Origin: Escherichia phage ESCO5 | Length of the DNA: 64,000 nucleotides | Sequence record: NC_047776.2 | Strand: one strand, 5' to 3' | Shown here: piece after piece, positions 9,410 to 18,318 of the stretch | How the letters are laid out: every line of letters begins with the position of its first letter | Numbering within the stretch: position 1 is the first letter of the stretch | Position numbers and translations under genes: made by a program | The notes under the pieces: generated by a model | Databases searched by the model: none | What the model was told of the DNA's origin: nothing | Seen by the model: only the letters and a program-made list of their open reading frames with translations

Positions 9410-9733
9410 ATGCAAGCAGTTGTTAACGAAGCTATTATGAACTTATCCTTCTTGTTAGCTGGTTTAGGAGGTGTTCTCATAGGTTTGGCTCTTATCTGGT
9501 GTATTCGTCGATTAATCGGGTACCGACAAAAAGGTGTTTCATGTTTTGTATCTTACAATTTTACAACTGCTTACAGCAATGAGGTTGGATCTGGTAATGC
9601 TCAAGCATTTTTACCAACATATCCTCCTACGGTGGAAGATATTCGAAACTTGGAAGTAGAACTTATGGGACTAAGTGATAACTATACATCTCTCGTTATT
9701 CAAAATATTTTTCGACTAAAACAGGAGGCGTGA
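9410..9733 (+). CDS. Membrane protein
   Basis: ORF with SD AAGGAGA; hydrophobic N-terminal helix. Confidence 0.45.
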   Translation: MQAVVNEAIMNLSFLLAGLGGVLIGLALIWCIRRLIGYRQKGVSCFVSYNFTTAYSNEVGSGNAQAFLPTYPPTVEDIRNLEVELMGLSDNYTSLVIQNIFRLKQEA

Positions 9734-9946
9734 ATGAAGGCACATTACCCTCATCCCTTTGATCCTAAAAACAAAGCCGTAATTCTTCGTCAGTGGCAAC
9801 GGGTTTGTCGTACTAAATGTCCAATTAATAGCCAACACAATGTGGACAAGGATTATCTTGGGACATTTGTTGAATACACTTACATAGACAAAAACAAGCG
9901 TAAACAACATGTCGAGGAATACTGCTTAAAAGTAGAATGGCTGTAA
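9734..9946 (+). CDS. Hypothetical protein
   Basis: ORF with SD CAGGAGG upstream. Confidence 0.4.
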   Translation: MKAHYPHPFDPKNKAVILRQWQRVCRTKCPINSQHNVDKDYLGTFVEYTYIDKNKRKQHVEEYCLKVEWL

Positions 9947-9958
9947 ATAATAAATACC

Positions 9959-9987
9959 TTGACAAGTGTTTATTCGTTTTGTAAAGT
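9959..9987 (+). promoter_or_regulatory. Sigma70-like promoter (TTGACA, 17 nt spacer, TAAAGT)
   Basis: Consensus -35 hexamer upstream of the recombinase gene. Confidence 0.5.
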
Positions 9988-10016
9988 GAGAATACAGCAA
10001 TGGTTTAGGAGTGGTT

Positions 10017-10688
10017 ATGAAAAAGTTTGTTGTTTACAGTCGTCTTTCTAAACAGAAAAAAGGTGAGGCACAATATGGTATGGAGAGCCAAGAGAACGAT
10101 ATCCGTTACTTCTTAGACTCTGTGCCTGATGCTGAAGTTATTGGTCAATTTTCTGAATACTATTCGGGTAAGGGCGATTGGAAGCAACGTAAGGAACTGG
10201 TTAAAGCGGTTGAAATGTGTAAAGCTACCGGAGCAACTTTATTGGTAGCTAAAGTTGACCGCTTGGGTCGTAACAACGCCTCCGTAGCAACTCTTCTAGA
10301 GATGATCGATGTTAAGATAGCCATCATGCCAGACGCAGATAAAATGGTTATACAACTTCTATCTGTTCTGGCTGAACAAGAAGTTAGAGGTATTGCTGAT
10401 CGCATTAAAAAGGGTCTTGCTGTAGCAAAAAGTAAAGGTGTTTTATTAGGCAGTGCTAATCCTAAAACTGCTGCTGCACGTAGAAAAGGAAAAATGGAAT
10501 ACAATTCTGTTAAAGCAGACGCTTTTGCAGAGACATTCCGTGAACGCTTAGAAATCCTTAGAGATTTAAATACACCTTACAAAACTATTGCTGAAAAATT
10601 CAATAGTAAGAAAATCGCAACAGCACGTGGTGGTAAGTGGGATGCTAAAACTGTTTCTCGCTTGTGTGCTAGATTGAACATTAAATAG
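10017..10688 (+). CDS. Small serine recombinase (resolvase/invertase type)
   Basis: N-terminal YSRLS catalytic-serine motif and VDRLGRN motif; C-terminal helix-turn-helix; SD AGGAG before ATG 10017. Confidence 0.7.
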   Translation: MKKFVVYSRLSKQKKGEAQYGMESQENDIRYFLDSVPDAEVIGQFSEYYSGKGDWKQRKELVKAVEMCKATGATLLVAKVDRLGRNNASVATLLEMIDVKIAIMPDADKMVIQLLSVLAEQEVRGIADRIKKGLAVAKSKGVLLGSANPKTAAARRKGKMEYNSVKADAFAETFRERLEILRDLNTPYKTIAEKFNSKKIATARGGKWDAKTVSRLCARLNIK

Positions 10689-10696
10689 GAGAGGAT

Positions 10697-11107
10697 ATGA
10701 AACAAGAAAATGAATCTGTAGATCACTTAATCATGCTGTCAGCCCTTTTTGCCGGATGGGAGGTATTTTTTGAAAATTTGTTCAATTCTGCTACAGATGG
10801 TTCTGATTTTATGCGCCAATTTAAACGACGAACTGTTGAGGACTATACTTTCTATTCAGGTCGGATTGAAAAAGGTTACGAAGATATAGATACAGTACTT
10901 ACAATTAAAGTTTTAGATGTGATGTTTAGTGTTATAGATGCTATCGATGAAAGTCTTCCGATTTTAGAAGATTGTAATACGAAAGCTTATGTTTACAAAA
11001 TAGCCCGTGCTTATGTGTCTGCAAACAGTTGTCTTCTTTCCACCCAGATTGCGGTGAACAATCTTGCCAACTTGTTCGATGAAGGAGAAACTTTTTATGA
11101 CAATTGA
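10697..11107 (+). CDS. Hypothetical protein
   Basis: ORF with SD GGAGAGGA upstream. Confidence 0.45.
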   Translation: MKQENESVDHLIMLSALFAGWEVFFENLFNSATDGSDFMRQFKRRTVEDYTFYSGRIEKGYEDIDTVLTIKVLDVMFSVIDAIDESLPILEDCNTKAYVYKIARAYVSANSCLLSTQIAVNNLANLFDEGETFYDN

Positions 11108-11462
11108 TTTGAAGTGTAAGAGGATTCTTTTAGATTTCTATAATAATTGGTTAGAACACCTCCGTCTCTTTCCACGAGAAAGTGGTTACGCTAATGTTGG
11201 CTTATGCCGAGGTCTACGTATGTATATAAGTGATGAATTTCGAGCCGATCATTCTTTAGCATATTCTGTTTATGGTATGCAATTAGCCAGTTTTGAAAAT
11301 GCTGGTTTAGATACAACTTTCCCGTTTAACACAGCAAAATCTTTTGAGCAAGAGTGTAAGGAAAAACGTTGCATGTTTAATGAAAAACGTGTACAGTGGG
11401 TTAAGGATCGAGTTAAACAACTGGAACAAGAGTTGGATTTCTTTTATGACGAGGCAGAATAA
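11097..11462 (+). CDS. Hypothetical protein; member 4 of the five-copy family
   Basis: ORF; shares GLCRGL, FPF and VQWVKDR motifs; start taken at ATG 11097. Confidence 0.55.
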   Translation: MTIDLKCKRILLDFYNNWLEHLRLFPRESGYANVGLCRGLRMYISDEFRADHSLAYSVYGMQLASFENAGLDTTFPFNTAKSFEQECKEKRCMFNEKRVQWVKDRVKQLEQELDFFYDEAE

Positions 11463-11734
11463 TGGATAGACAAACCTTAAAAACAATGGCAGATGCTACT
11501 AATTCCCCGTACTTTGAAAAAGTAAGTAAATTGGTAGTTCAAGCCGCAGAGGAAGGATATTATAACATAAACATCCACAACCCAAATCTTATACTAGAAA
11601 TGCCAAGTGATAAGAAGATACAAGAGAGTATCTGTGAAGGTATTGTTAGTTACTGGCGCGAGCGTGGGTGTGGTGCAAACATGGCTTTAGACAGTGCAAA
11701 CATTGTAAGATATATAAATATTTCTTGGGGGTGA
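11462..11734 (+). CDS. Hypothetical protein
   Basis: ORF abutting the upstream stop. Confidence 0.45.
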   Translation: MDRQTLKTMADATNSPYFEKVSKLVVQAAEEGYYNINIHNPNLILEMPSDKKIQESICEGIVSYWRERGCGANMALDSANIVRYINISWG

Positions 11735-11738
11735 TTTT

Positions 11739-12350
11739 ATGATTCAATGCACTCATATCCAAATTACTTGGAGAGATGAACTTTACCATTTGGGACAATT
11801 TACTGTAGGGGAAACATACCCTGTCATTAAACATAATCCTAACATCGCAAACTTTGACAGGATGGTTCTTGTTGAGGACGATCTAGGTCAAACTTATTCT
11901 TTAGATCTAAAATATCCGTTTTCTTACGGCTACGATTGGATCGTTACTTTTGAAGACGTGGAGGAAAATAAAACAATGAACGAAAAAAATTCTTGGTATT
12001 ATCGTTGTGAACTGCCGCCAGTAGGTGAAAAGGTTATCTTTGTTCCTGATTTGGAAAGATATTCTTGGGACAGTTCTTATTCTGTTCCTAAAGAAGGCAC
12101 CGAAGTTGAAGTTATTGCACATCGCACAACTTCGCATGGTAACGATGTAGCAGTTGTTTTCTGGGATGATGAAGGCGCTGCTTGTGCAGGTGGCTTTGTT
12201 GCAGGTAATTTTGAACCCCTGCCAGATCCTTTGAAGGAGGCAATTTTAGGCGTAGCTTCTTTTGGACTCTCTTACACATCTGCACAGGAGATCGTAGAAG
12301 GTATTTTAAACGGTACCGTTCCAAACGAAATTTTCAAACAGATTAAATAA
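11739..12350 (+). CDS. Hypothetical protein
   Basis: 203-aa ORF. Confidence 0.5.
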   Translation: MIQCTHIQITWRDELYHLGQFTVGETYPVIKHNPNIANFDRMVLVEDDLGQTYSLDLKYPFSYGYDWIVTFEDVEENKTMNEKNSWYYRCELPPVGEKVIFVPDLERYSWDSSYSVPKEGTEVEVIAHRTTSHGNDVAVVFWDDEGAACAGGFVAGNFEPLPDPLKEAILGVASFGLSYTSAQEIVEGILNGTVPNEIFKQIK

Positions 12351-12401
12351 CAGTTGCACCCCGTTCTTCGGGGTGTTATTGTATACGTAAAGGAGGAGAT
12401 A

Positions 12402-12740
12402 ATGTATTACACTGAAGACTACATACTGTATAACTTTTTTAAAGGCTGGTTGAAATGGGCTGAACAAGCTCCTGTCGGAGATTGTGTTTTTCCTTGGGAT
12501 TCTCGTCAAGGTTTGTGTCGTTGTTTGGAAGATTGGCTTATAACCACAAACTACAACTCAGAAACTAAGAAATCTACATCACAGAGACTAAAAATGTTAT
12601 TTGAAGAAGATGGTTTAGATCCTATTTATCCTTTCGGTGAGGAAAGTTTCCACAATGGTCTTTTCCTTGGCACTCAACATTATGATAAAGATCGTGTAGA
12701 TTGGGTAAAAGAAAAGGTAGCACAGTATGAATGGGGTTAA
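12402..12740 (+). CDS. Hypothetical protein; member 5 of the five-copy family
   Basis: ORF; ATG at 12402 after AAGGAGGAG; shares GLCRCL, YPF and VDWVKEK motifs. Confidence 0.55.
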   Translation: MYYTEDYILYNFFKGWLKWAEQAPVGDCVFPWDSRQGLCRCLEDWLITTNYNSETKKSTSQRLKMLFEEDGLDPIYPFGEESFHNGLFLGTQHYDKDRVDWVKEKVAQYEWG

Positions 12741-12930
12741 GAATTATCACCGCTGGTTAGAAAGCTATCTTAAGAAATGTGAACTTGGTGTTCCAGGTTA
12801 TACTTACGACACAGACGAGATTCTTGATGAAATGGAAGTTTGGTTTAAAGAGCCTCGTGAACTATTGGCAAATATTCTAATGGCTTGGGATGGTACGGCA
12901 CAAAGCATCGGAGGAGGTAGAAATGAGTAA
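12727..12930 (+). CDS. Hypothetical protein
   Basis: ORF overlapping the upstream gene end. Confidence 0.4.
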   Translation: MNGVKNYHRWLESYLKKCELGVPGYTYDTDEILDEMEVWFKEPRELLANILMAWDGTAQSIGGGRNE

Positions 12931-13074
12931 GAAATTGTTTAATATTCGTGAGAACCGTGATGGATCGTTCTCTGTAGTCAATGAGTTTAACGTTTCGGTT
13001 GGGACTTTTATTACTAAACGTCAAGCAGAACAAGTAAGAGATACTTTAAACAAGTAAGTTTTTAAGGGGGACTT

Positions 13075-13494
13075 ATGTTAGGTAAGATCAAAGCTTTTTT
13101 CAAACGTATTGTTGAAGGAAGTCCAACAGAAGGTGCATTAGGAAGATCTCTAACAGGAGAACCACTTTCCATAATTTCTATCAGTCGGCATGGTGGATAT
13201 TCCATTCGACAAACACCTTTAGGTATAGAAGGTAGTATGCTTTCTTGGACAATATCTCAAGTTGGTGATAACAGACTTGCAGCTATAGCGTTACTTCGTG
13301 GGGAGTATGACTATTGTTTATCAGCATCTTGTAAAAAGCACCTCATAGAGCACATTAGAGACAGAGTAGAAAGAGAAGGCGGATACTTCTTCGAAACTAA
13401 GAGAAACGAACAAGGAACTCTTGACTTCACTAAGGTTTACTGGGACAATCATACTCGTCAAACTGTTGAACAACTTCTGGAGGAAAGATGTTAA
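13075..13494 (+). CDS. Hypothetical protein
   Basis: ORF with SD AAGGGGGA upstream. Confidence 0.5.
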   Translation: MLGKIKAFFKRIVEGSPTEGALGRSLTGEPLSIISISRHGGYSIRQTPLGIEGSMLSWTISQVGDNRLAAIALLRGEYDYCLSASCKKHLIEHIRDRVEREGGYFFETKRNEQGTLDFTKVYWDNHTRQTVEQLLEERC

Positions 13495-13697
13495 AAGCTT
13501 TTGCTGTATACTCTACTGTAGGATTCTTTTATTGGATTATAGTTATTGTCGGATGTTGGTTAGGTTCTTGTGTTGTGATGGGAGAATGGTTAACATACAA
13601 TGTATTCGAATGGGATGTAGTTTGTAGATCATTACTTGTTATATGGACTGCTATTGTTTGTTGGATAACTGTTAGTCTAACATTAGATCTATATTGA
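13488..13697 (+). CDS. Small membrane protein
   Basis: ORF; two hydrophobic segments. Confidence 0.4.
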   Translation: MLKAFAVYSTVGFFYWIIVIVGCWLGSCVVMGEWLTYNVFEWDVVCRSLLVIWTAIVCWITVSLTLDLY

Positions 13698-13706
13698 TTA
13701 ATAGAT

Positions 13707-13778
13707 GGTAGATAGATGATCATAGTTTATCTACCTTCACTTACGTTTCATACCTCACTATCGTGAGTAACATGAAAC
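13707..13778. repeat. Two inverted repeats in a 360-bp intergenic region (GGTAGATA...TATCTACC at 13707-13735; nested GTTTCAT..CTCAC/GTGAG..ATGAAAC at 13745-13778)
   Basis: Perfect 8-bp and 7-bp inverted repeats read directly from the sequence; no ORF in 13698-14057. Confidence 0.5.
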
Positions 13779-13990
13779 ATTATTATATAGAAATCTACTA
13801 CTCGCTATCGCTCGTAAACATATGTTTAGGGTACCATACTTTTTTGAAAAAGTCAATGGTGACTCACCTATCAATTATCTGTTTAAGATAAGTCTTACCT
13901 ATCAATCTAACTCTTAACTAGTATTGCACCTATAGTAAGACTATTCCTATAGTTATTAACCCTCTTCTTCTGTAGAATGTAATTAGATCC

Positions 13991-14019
13991 TTGACAAACT
14001 CACAAAGCTTGTGTTACAT
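13991..14019 (+). promoter_or_regulatory. Sigma70-like promoter (TTGACA, 17 nt spacer, TTACAT)
   Basis: Consensus -35 hexamer about 40 nt upstream of the ORF at 14058. Confidence 0.4.
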
Positions 14020-14057
14020 TGTGTCTCACAGGTGAATAATACCGAACAGGAGGAAGA

Positions 14058-14273
14058 ATGAGTTCCAATTTTCTATACAAAGCAAAAGATTCACGAGATG
14101 GAGAGAACCATTGGTGGTTGATCACAGGAGATGGTGTTATCATCCTACCGTGGGACGGAGAGACAAAAGTTCAAATACTAGAGAAAGTAAAAGGTGTTAG
14201 TTTTAATGTTAGTCATGACATAACAACTTTCAAAGCTTTTGCTATGAATCCTAGTCTTGTTGCTGAATGGTAA
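14058..14273 (+). CDS. Hypothetical protein
   Basis: ORF with SD CAGGAGGAAG upstream. Confidence 0.45.
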   Translation: MSSNFLYKAKDSRDGENHWWLITGDGVIILPWDGETKVQILEKVKGVSFNVSHDITTFKAFAMNPSLVAEW

Positions 14274-14286
14274 TCCAGGAGAAAAT

Positions 14287-14505
14287 ATGACTAAAATGTA
14301 TGCAGCCGTTGATAAGCTGGATGGGTCTGATTCTGTTTTTATTTTGAATAAAATGGGTGTCTTAGTTTATGCCCGAACTTCTCAAAACATAGAACACCAA
14401 GTGGAAGCAGCACAAATTTTAGAGCAAATAACCCCTCCATACCTATACTCAAATGTTGAGCGTTTTAACGATGCACTTGGTTTGACGTTAATAGCGGAAT
14501 GGTAG
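14287..14505 (+). CDS. Hypothetical protein
   Basis: ORF; ATG at 14287 after CAGGAGA. Confidence 0.4.
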   Translation: MTKMYAAVDKLDGSDSVFILNKMGVLVYARTSQNIEHQVEAAQILEQITPPYLYSNVERFNDALGLTLIAEW

Positions 14506-14507
14506 TA

Positions 14508-14705
14508 ATGGCGAAAATGTTGGAAATTGATAATGTCGTAACAATCACTACGTCCATACCTTGTCCTCCTATGCCTTGCCCCTATTGTGGTGGTGCAGGA
14601 TATGTTATGGCGGACGTAGGTCAAATTTACGAGTGCAACCCGTGCAAAACCACAGGTTATATCCAAATAGAATCAGAGGAGAAACACTATGAGCCAAAAC
14701 GCTAA
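14508..14705 (+). CDS. Cys-rich small protein (zinc-ribbon-like)
   Basis: ORF; CPYCGG...CNPCK motif. Confidence 0.4.
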   Translation: MAKMLEIDNVVTITTSIPCPPMPCPYCGGAGYVMADVGQIYECNPCKTTGYIQIESEEKHYEPKR

Positions 14706-15138
14706 AGAAAAAGAAGTAATCACGGTAATCCGTCAGATGGAAGGTGCCGAAAACAATGCTTTTGTTACTAAGATTCTTCTTAATATCTTTGAAGATGTTA
14801 TTTTAAACAACCCTGGTCATAAAGATTATCAGTATGATGTTATGATGGGTGCTTTGCTTGAGATTAACAAAAACACTTTTGCTGAATATGAGCAACACAT
14901 GCTTTTACCAGAGGAAGATCAGGATTATTTGTTATCTGGTGCTTTAAGTGCACAAGAAAATTTCTACCACGTTCTTAATATGGCTTATGCAGATGAACTT
15001 GCTGTTTCCCTTGAAGAGCGTATTCAAATGGTTCGTGATGTGATGAATGAACAAATCCAAGAAGTTGAAGACTTGGTAGCAGAACCTTTAGCAGAAATTC
15101 GTGCAGCTATTGAAAAACAAAAAGGAACTCAATCATGA
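14689..15138 (+). CDS. Hypothetical protein
   Basis: 149-aa ORF. Confidence 0.5.
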   Translation: MSQNAKEKEVITVIRQMEGAENNAFVTKILLNIFEDVILNNPGHKDYQYDVMMGALLEINKNTFAEYEQHMLLPEEDQDYLLSGALSAQENFYHVLNMAYADELAVSLEERIQMVRDVMNEQIQEVEDLVAEPLAEIRAAIEKQKGTQS

Positions 15139-15302
15139 TGCAAGTAGGTGATGTGGTTTGCCTTAAAGGTGCAAACAAACAAATGACAGTAATAGAAAGT
15201 TATGGTGAATCTTGTAAAGTAACTTGGTTCGATGAAAACGGGGAATTGCAACACGCCATATTCGATCAAAAAGCTTTGAGGAAGGTTGAAGAAAAAGAAT
15301 GA
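15135..15302 (+). CDS. Hypothetical small protein (55 aa)
   Basis: ORF below the track cutoff; ATGA overlaps at both ends; SD AAAGGA. Confidence 0.4.
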   Translation: MMQVGDVVCLKGANKQMTVIESYGESCKVTWFDENGELQHAIFDQKALRKVEEKE

Positions 15303-15562
15303 GCCATCCGTCAATATTTTTCTGTTTTGTAGATCTTGAAAACGAGTCTTTAATCGTTGATAGTGAGGGTTACTTCACTTATTGGGAATCCGAGCACGAA
15401 ACTATAAGTGTAGTGAAAGAAATTATGCAAACCAATCCAAGCCTACCAGCGCATAAGTACGGTATTGCAAAAGTGTTTGTTACTAAAACAGAGTACACAA
15501 AAGAGCGAAGCACTTTGTACCATAATATTGAAGTGATTCACTATTTCAAAGATGTTATTTAG
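15299..15562 (+). CDS. Hypothetical protein
   Basis: ORF overlapping the upstream stop. Confidence 0.45.
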   Translation: MSHPSIFFCFVDLENESLIVDSEGYFTYWESEHETISVVKEIMQTNPSLPAHKYGIAKVFVTKTEYTKERSTLYHNIEVIHYFKDVI

Positions 15563-15570
15563 GAGGTTAT

Positions 15571-16179
15571 ATGGAAGAGAAGATTTGGGATGGTAAAGAT
15601 CCTTTAGAAGTTGGACACGTAGCGCGTGTCAAAAAATCTACTACAGGTCCTGGTTTTTCTGGTTTGTATCATATACCAGAAGAAGGTCAGCACGTTACAA
15701 TTTTGGCTCGTGACAAACAAAACGGAGCAACGCCTGTGTGGATTGTTCGTTGGTATGACAAAGATCTTAACATTTGCTTGTCACCTATTATGGCTCATTT
15801 GCTGGAAGCCCCTTGCTCTGAAGAAGCTCTAATTTTTGTTTCGGCTTTTCAGAAAGCCACAGGTTTAACATTAGATGCAAAAGATGTGCAAAAAGCATTT
15901 GACATTATTCAGGAAGACAACGATACTACATCTAACGACGAACTGGTTGAAGTTACAATCTTATCTTCAGCAGATATCCGAGAGATTGATAATTGTGATT
16001 TTCCAATCACATTTAAAATGTCGCAGAAAGACATGCAGTCATCTGGAAGTTGTTTTGGTATACCTCGTTGGTTTTTTGATTCTATCAAAAATTCTACTAC
16101 AGAGGGATCAGACTATGATCAAGATGACGTGCTTTGGTTCTTAAAAAACCGAGAGATTGTTCTCTCACCACTTAAATAA
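15571..16179 (+). CDS. Hypothetical protein
   Basis: ORF with SD TAGGAGG upstream. Confidence 0.5.
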   Translation: MEEKIWDGKDPLEVGHVARVKKSTTGPGFSGLYHIPEEGQHVTILARDKQNGATPVWIVRWYDKDLNICLSPIMAHLLEAPCSEEALIFVSAFQKATGLTLDAKDVQKAFDIIQEDNDTTSNDELVEVTILSSADIREIDNCDFPITFKMSQKDMQSSGSCFGIPRWFFDSIKNSTTEGSDYDQDDVLWFLKNREIVLSPLK

Positions 16180-16188
16180 GGAGAAATA

Positions 16189-16290
16189 ATGGTTTCATTT
16201 ATCGTAGGTGTAGTTGTAGGCTATCTTATTAACAAATATCAAGACGTTATCACGGCAAAAGTAAAAGACATTTTAGACTCATCTAAATAA
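16189..16290 (+). CDS. Hydrophobic peptide (33 aa)
   Basis: Short ORF with SD AAGGAGA; single hydrophobic helix. Confidence 0.3.
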   Translation: MVSFIVGVVVGYLINKYQDVITAKVKDILDSSK

Positions 16291-16342
16291 TCTATCAAAG
16301 CTGCATCTTCAATAGGTGCAGCCTTTTAAAAGGAGATATGGC

Positions 16343-16516
16343 ATGACTAAACGCACTGATTTTAAATGTATGCATTGTGGGAAATCTTTTGGGGATCATC
16401 AAGCTCGCACATTCAACTGTCCACGTAAAGGTCGCGGAAATTTTAAAGGTTTTAATCCCGCACATGTTTATTCTCCAGATTACGATAAGCCAGAAGAAGA
16501 AAAATTTGTTATTTAA
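16343..16516 (+). CDS. Small Cys-containing protein
   Basis: ORF; ATG at 16343 after AAAGGAGA; CMHCGK...CPRKG. Confidence 0.4.
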   Translation: MTKRTDFKCMHCGKSFGDHQARTFNCPRKGRGNFKGFNPAHVYSPDYDKPEEEKFVI

Positions 16517-16528
16517 TAAGGAGGTCAT

Positions 16529-16810
16529 ATGGAACTCGTTCAAGAATTGTATAATGCTTTAGGAGCAAAAGGAAAAGATTGGCCCGAACATGCGCTTATT
16601 GCTATAAGAGACTCCGATGGTGAGATTAAGTTTTCAAGCGTAAGTAAAGAGCACATCGTAGAAACAAAACTGGGTATTTACATGCGTGGAACTTATTGCT
16701 TATTCAACACCAGAATGGTAGAAGCCCCTGTTATCGAGGATGGAACAAAAGATTGCCCCACAATCGTAACAAAATCTGAATATGAGAAGTTTTTCTACGC
16801 TAAGGCTTGA
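16529..16810 (+). CDS. Hypothetical protein
   Basis: ORF with SD AAGGAGG upstream. Confidence 0.5.
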   Translation: MELVQELYNALGAKGKDWPEHALIAIRDSDGEIKFSSVSKEHIVETKLGIYMRGTYCLFNTRMVEAPVIEDGTKDCPTIVTKSEYEKFFYAKA

Positions 16811-16854
16811 CACAGAAACAATACTATAGGATAGTGATCCTATCGTAGCAATAG

Positions 16855-16876
16855 AACCCGCTTCGGCGGGTTTTTT
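16855..16876 (+). terminator. Rho-independent terminator (CCCGC-TTCG-GCGGG followed by a T6 run)
   Basis: GC stem with UUCG tetraloop and T-run read from the sequence. Confidence 0.7.
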
Positions 16877-16901
16877 CATATCTGTAGCAATAGGAGGTCG
16901 T

Positions 16902-17132
16902 GTGTTAAATAAAATCGAAGAAGGTTGTATGGCATTTTTGGTAGATAACCCGTTTCCCTTTATGGTTAAGGTCCATGTAGGAGAGTATTTAGGTTATGAC
17001 GAATGGGATTGTAGTATCAATAGTGAAATGCACCACTACCAACCAACAATACTTAAGACGGATCAAATGGCGCGTATTACAGTAGAGGATGAATTGATCA
17101 TTGAGTTATACGAGAGAGCACTACACAAGTAA
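16902..17132 (+). CDS. Hypothetical protein
   Basis: ORF; GTG start at 16902 after TAGGAGG, alternative ATG at 16929. Confidence 0.4.
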   Translation: MLNKIEEGCMAFLVDNPFPFMVKVHVGEYLGYDEWDCSINSEMHHYQPTILKTDQMARITVEDELIIELYERALHK

Positions 17133-17173
17133 GCTAGAACCCACCTAAATCGAACAGAGACGCTCTAAAATAG

Positions 17174-17205
17174 AAAAGGCACCCACTTGGGTGCCTTTGT
17201 TTTAT
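17174..17205. terminator. Bidirectional terminator at the convergence point of the plus and minus blocks
   Basis: GGCACCC-ACTT-GGGTGCC hairpin flanked by an A-run upstream and a T-run downstream. Confidence 0.65.
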
Positions 17206-17474
17206 TCTTCGTTAGATTGCGTTTCAGACGCGTTAAATTCGGTTTCAGTGCAACTTGCTAGGTAACTTATGTTTCGCATCACTACAACTACAGGTGTTTG
17301 AAGTTTATCTTCTAGCCCAGCAGCCACTTGAGCCAAGGCATTATCAATATTTGATTTCCTAACACCTGTTCCATGCCCTGTTGCCAAGTAAAGATTACCT
17401 TCCCCTTTTTGTGTAGCATTAGCAAAGTAGTAAACGTAATGTGCAAGGTAGTAATCACGGATTTCTTCAGTCAT
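17202..17474 (-). CDS. Hypothetical protein
   Basis: ORF with SD AGGAG upstream. Confidence 0.45.
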   Translation of the reverse strand: MTEEIRDYYLAHYVYYFANATQKGEGNLYLATGHGTGVRKSNIDNALAQVAAGLEDKLQTPVVVVMRNISYLASCTETEFNASETQSNEE

Positions 17475-17485
17475 TTTGTTCTCCT

Positions 17486-17508
17486 AATAAGAAAGGGGCC
17501 GAAGCCCC
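17486..17508 (-). terminator. GGGGC-UUCG-GCCCC hairpin (terminator or processing site)
   Basis: Identical hairpin recurs at 29551-29564 and 36043-36056. Confidence 0.5.
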
Positions 17509-17517
17509 TTGAGTGGT

Positions 17518-18318
17518 TTATTTGTTTAAATGGTCTTCAACCATTTTGATAAAGCCTTCATCACTGAAGACTGTCCCTGCTTTCTCTCGGTAGACAAGCA
17601 CTCCACGTTCTTCGTAGAGAGTTTGTTCTACAAAATTCAAACCTGGGTTAACTACAACCATCTTAACCCCAATATTCAGGGCAGGGAAAAGTTCCCAATT
17701 GAAGTTGATAACTTGATTAGAGCAGCCCACAACGATAACCATGTCTTGAGCAGTTAGCGTGTCGAGGATTTGGTACATGTCGGTGTAGAACGGAGCATTT
17801 TCACCAAAAAACACCACGTTAGGTTTCACGTACTTGTAATCATCTACATCAATAGCAGCATAACCTACATCTTTGATGATTCGATTGTCTACAATCACTT
17901 CAGGCAGGAAGCCGTGAACATGCAGAACATCTTCATGAACAACACCTGCTTGTTCCAGAAGATCATCTACGTTTGTTGTGATGTTGATAACACGTTCACA
18001 ACCGTACTCTTGGAACCATTCCGCGATCTGGTAATGCGCAGCGTTAGGAGACACGCTATCCATCTCTACGCGACGTTTATTGTAGAAGTCGTGAGTTTTA
18101 CGGTAGAGGTTGTATCCCTCTGCATCTAATCCGCCAACAGCCCCAGGAACACACTGTTCTTGTTGGTATCCAGCACGGAAGTTGAAAATGTCGCATACTT
18201 CAGAGAGGTCATATTCGTCCCACAAAGCTTTACCGCTTGTGGTATCGGTGCGGAAAGTACGTACACCACTATCGGCGCTTAGACCAGCGCCGCTGATCAC
18301 TATTAATCGTCTTGGCAT
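17518..18318 (-). CDS. Sir2-family NAD-dependent deacetylase / ADP-ribosyltransferase-like protein
   Basis: GAGLSADSGVRTFR, TTNVDDL, HG and FFGE motifs typical of sirtuins. Confidence 0.6.
   Translation of the reverse strand: MPRRLIVISGAGLSADSGVRTFRTDTTSGKALWDEYDLSEVCDIFNFRAGYQQEQCVPGAVGGLDAEGYNLYRKTHDFYNKRRVEMDSVSPNAAHYQIAEWFQEYGCERVINITTNVDDLLEQAGVVHEDVLHVHGFLPEVIVDNRIIKDVGYAAIDVDDYKYVKPNVVFFGENAPFYTDMYQILDTLTAQDMVIVVGCSNQVINFNWELFPALNIGVKMVVVNPGLNFVEQTLYEERGVLVYREKAGTVFSDEGFIKMVEDHLNK

Noticed and set aside
10017-10688. Serine recombinase as evidence of a prophage/integrative element
   Set aside because: It is a small resolvase/invertase type, not a large serine integrase; no attachment-site repeats or flanking host genes are present in the window.
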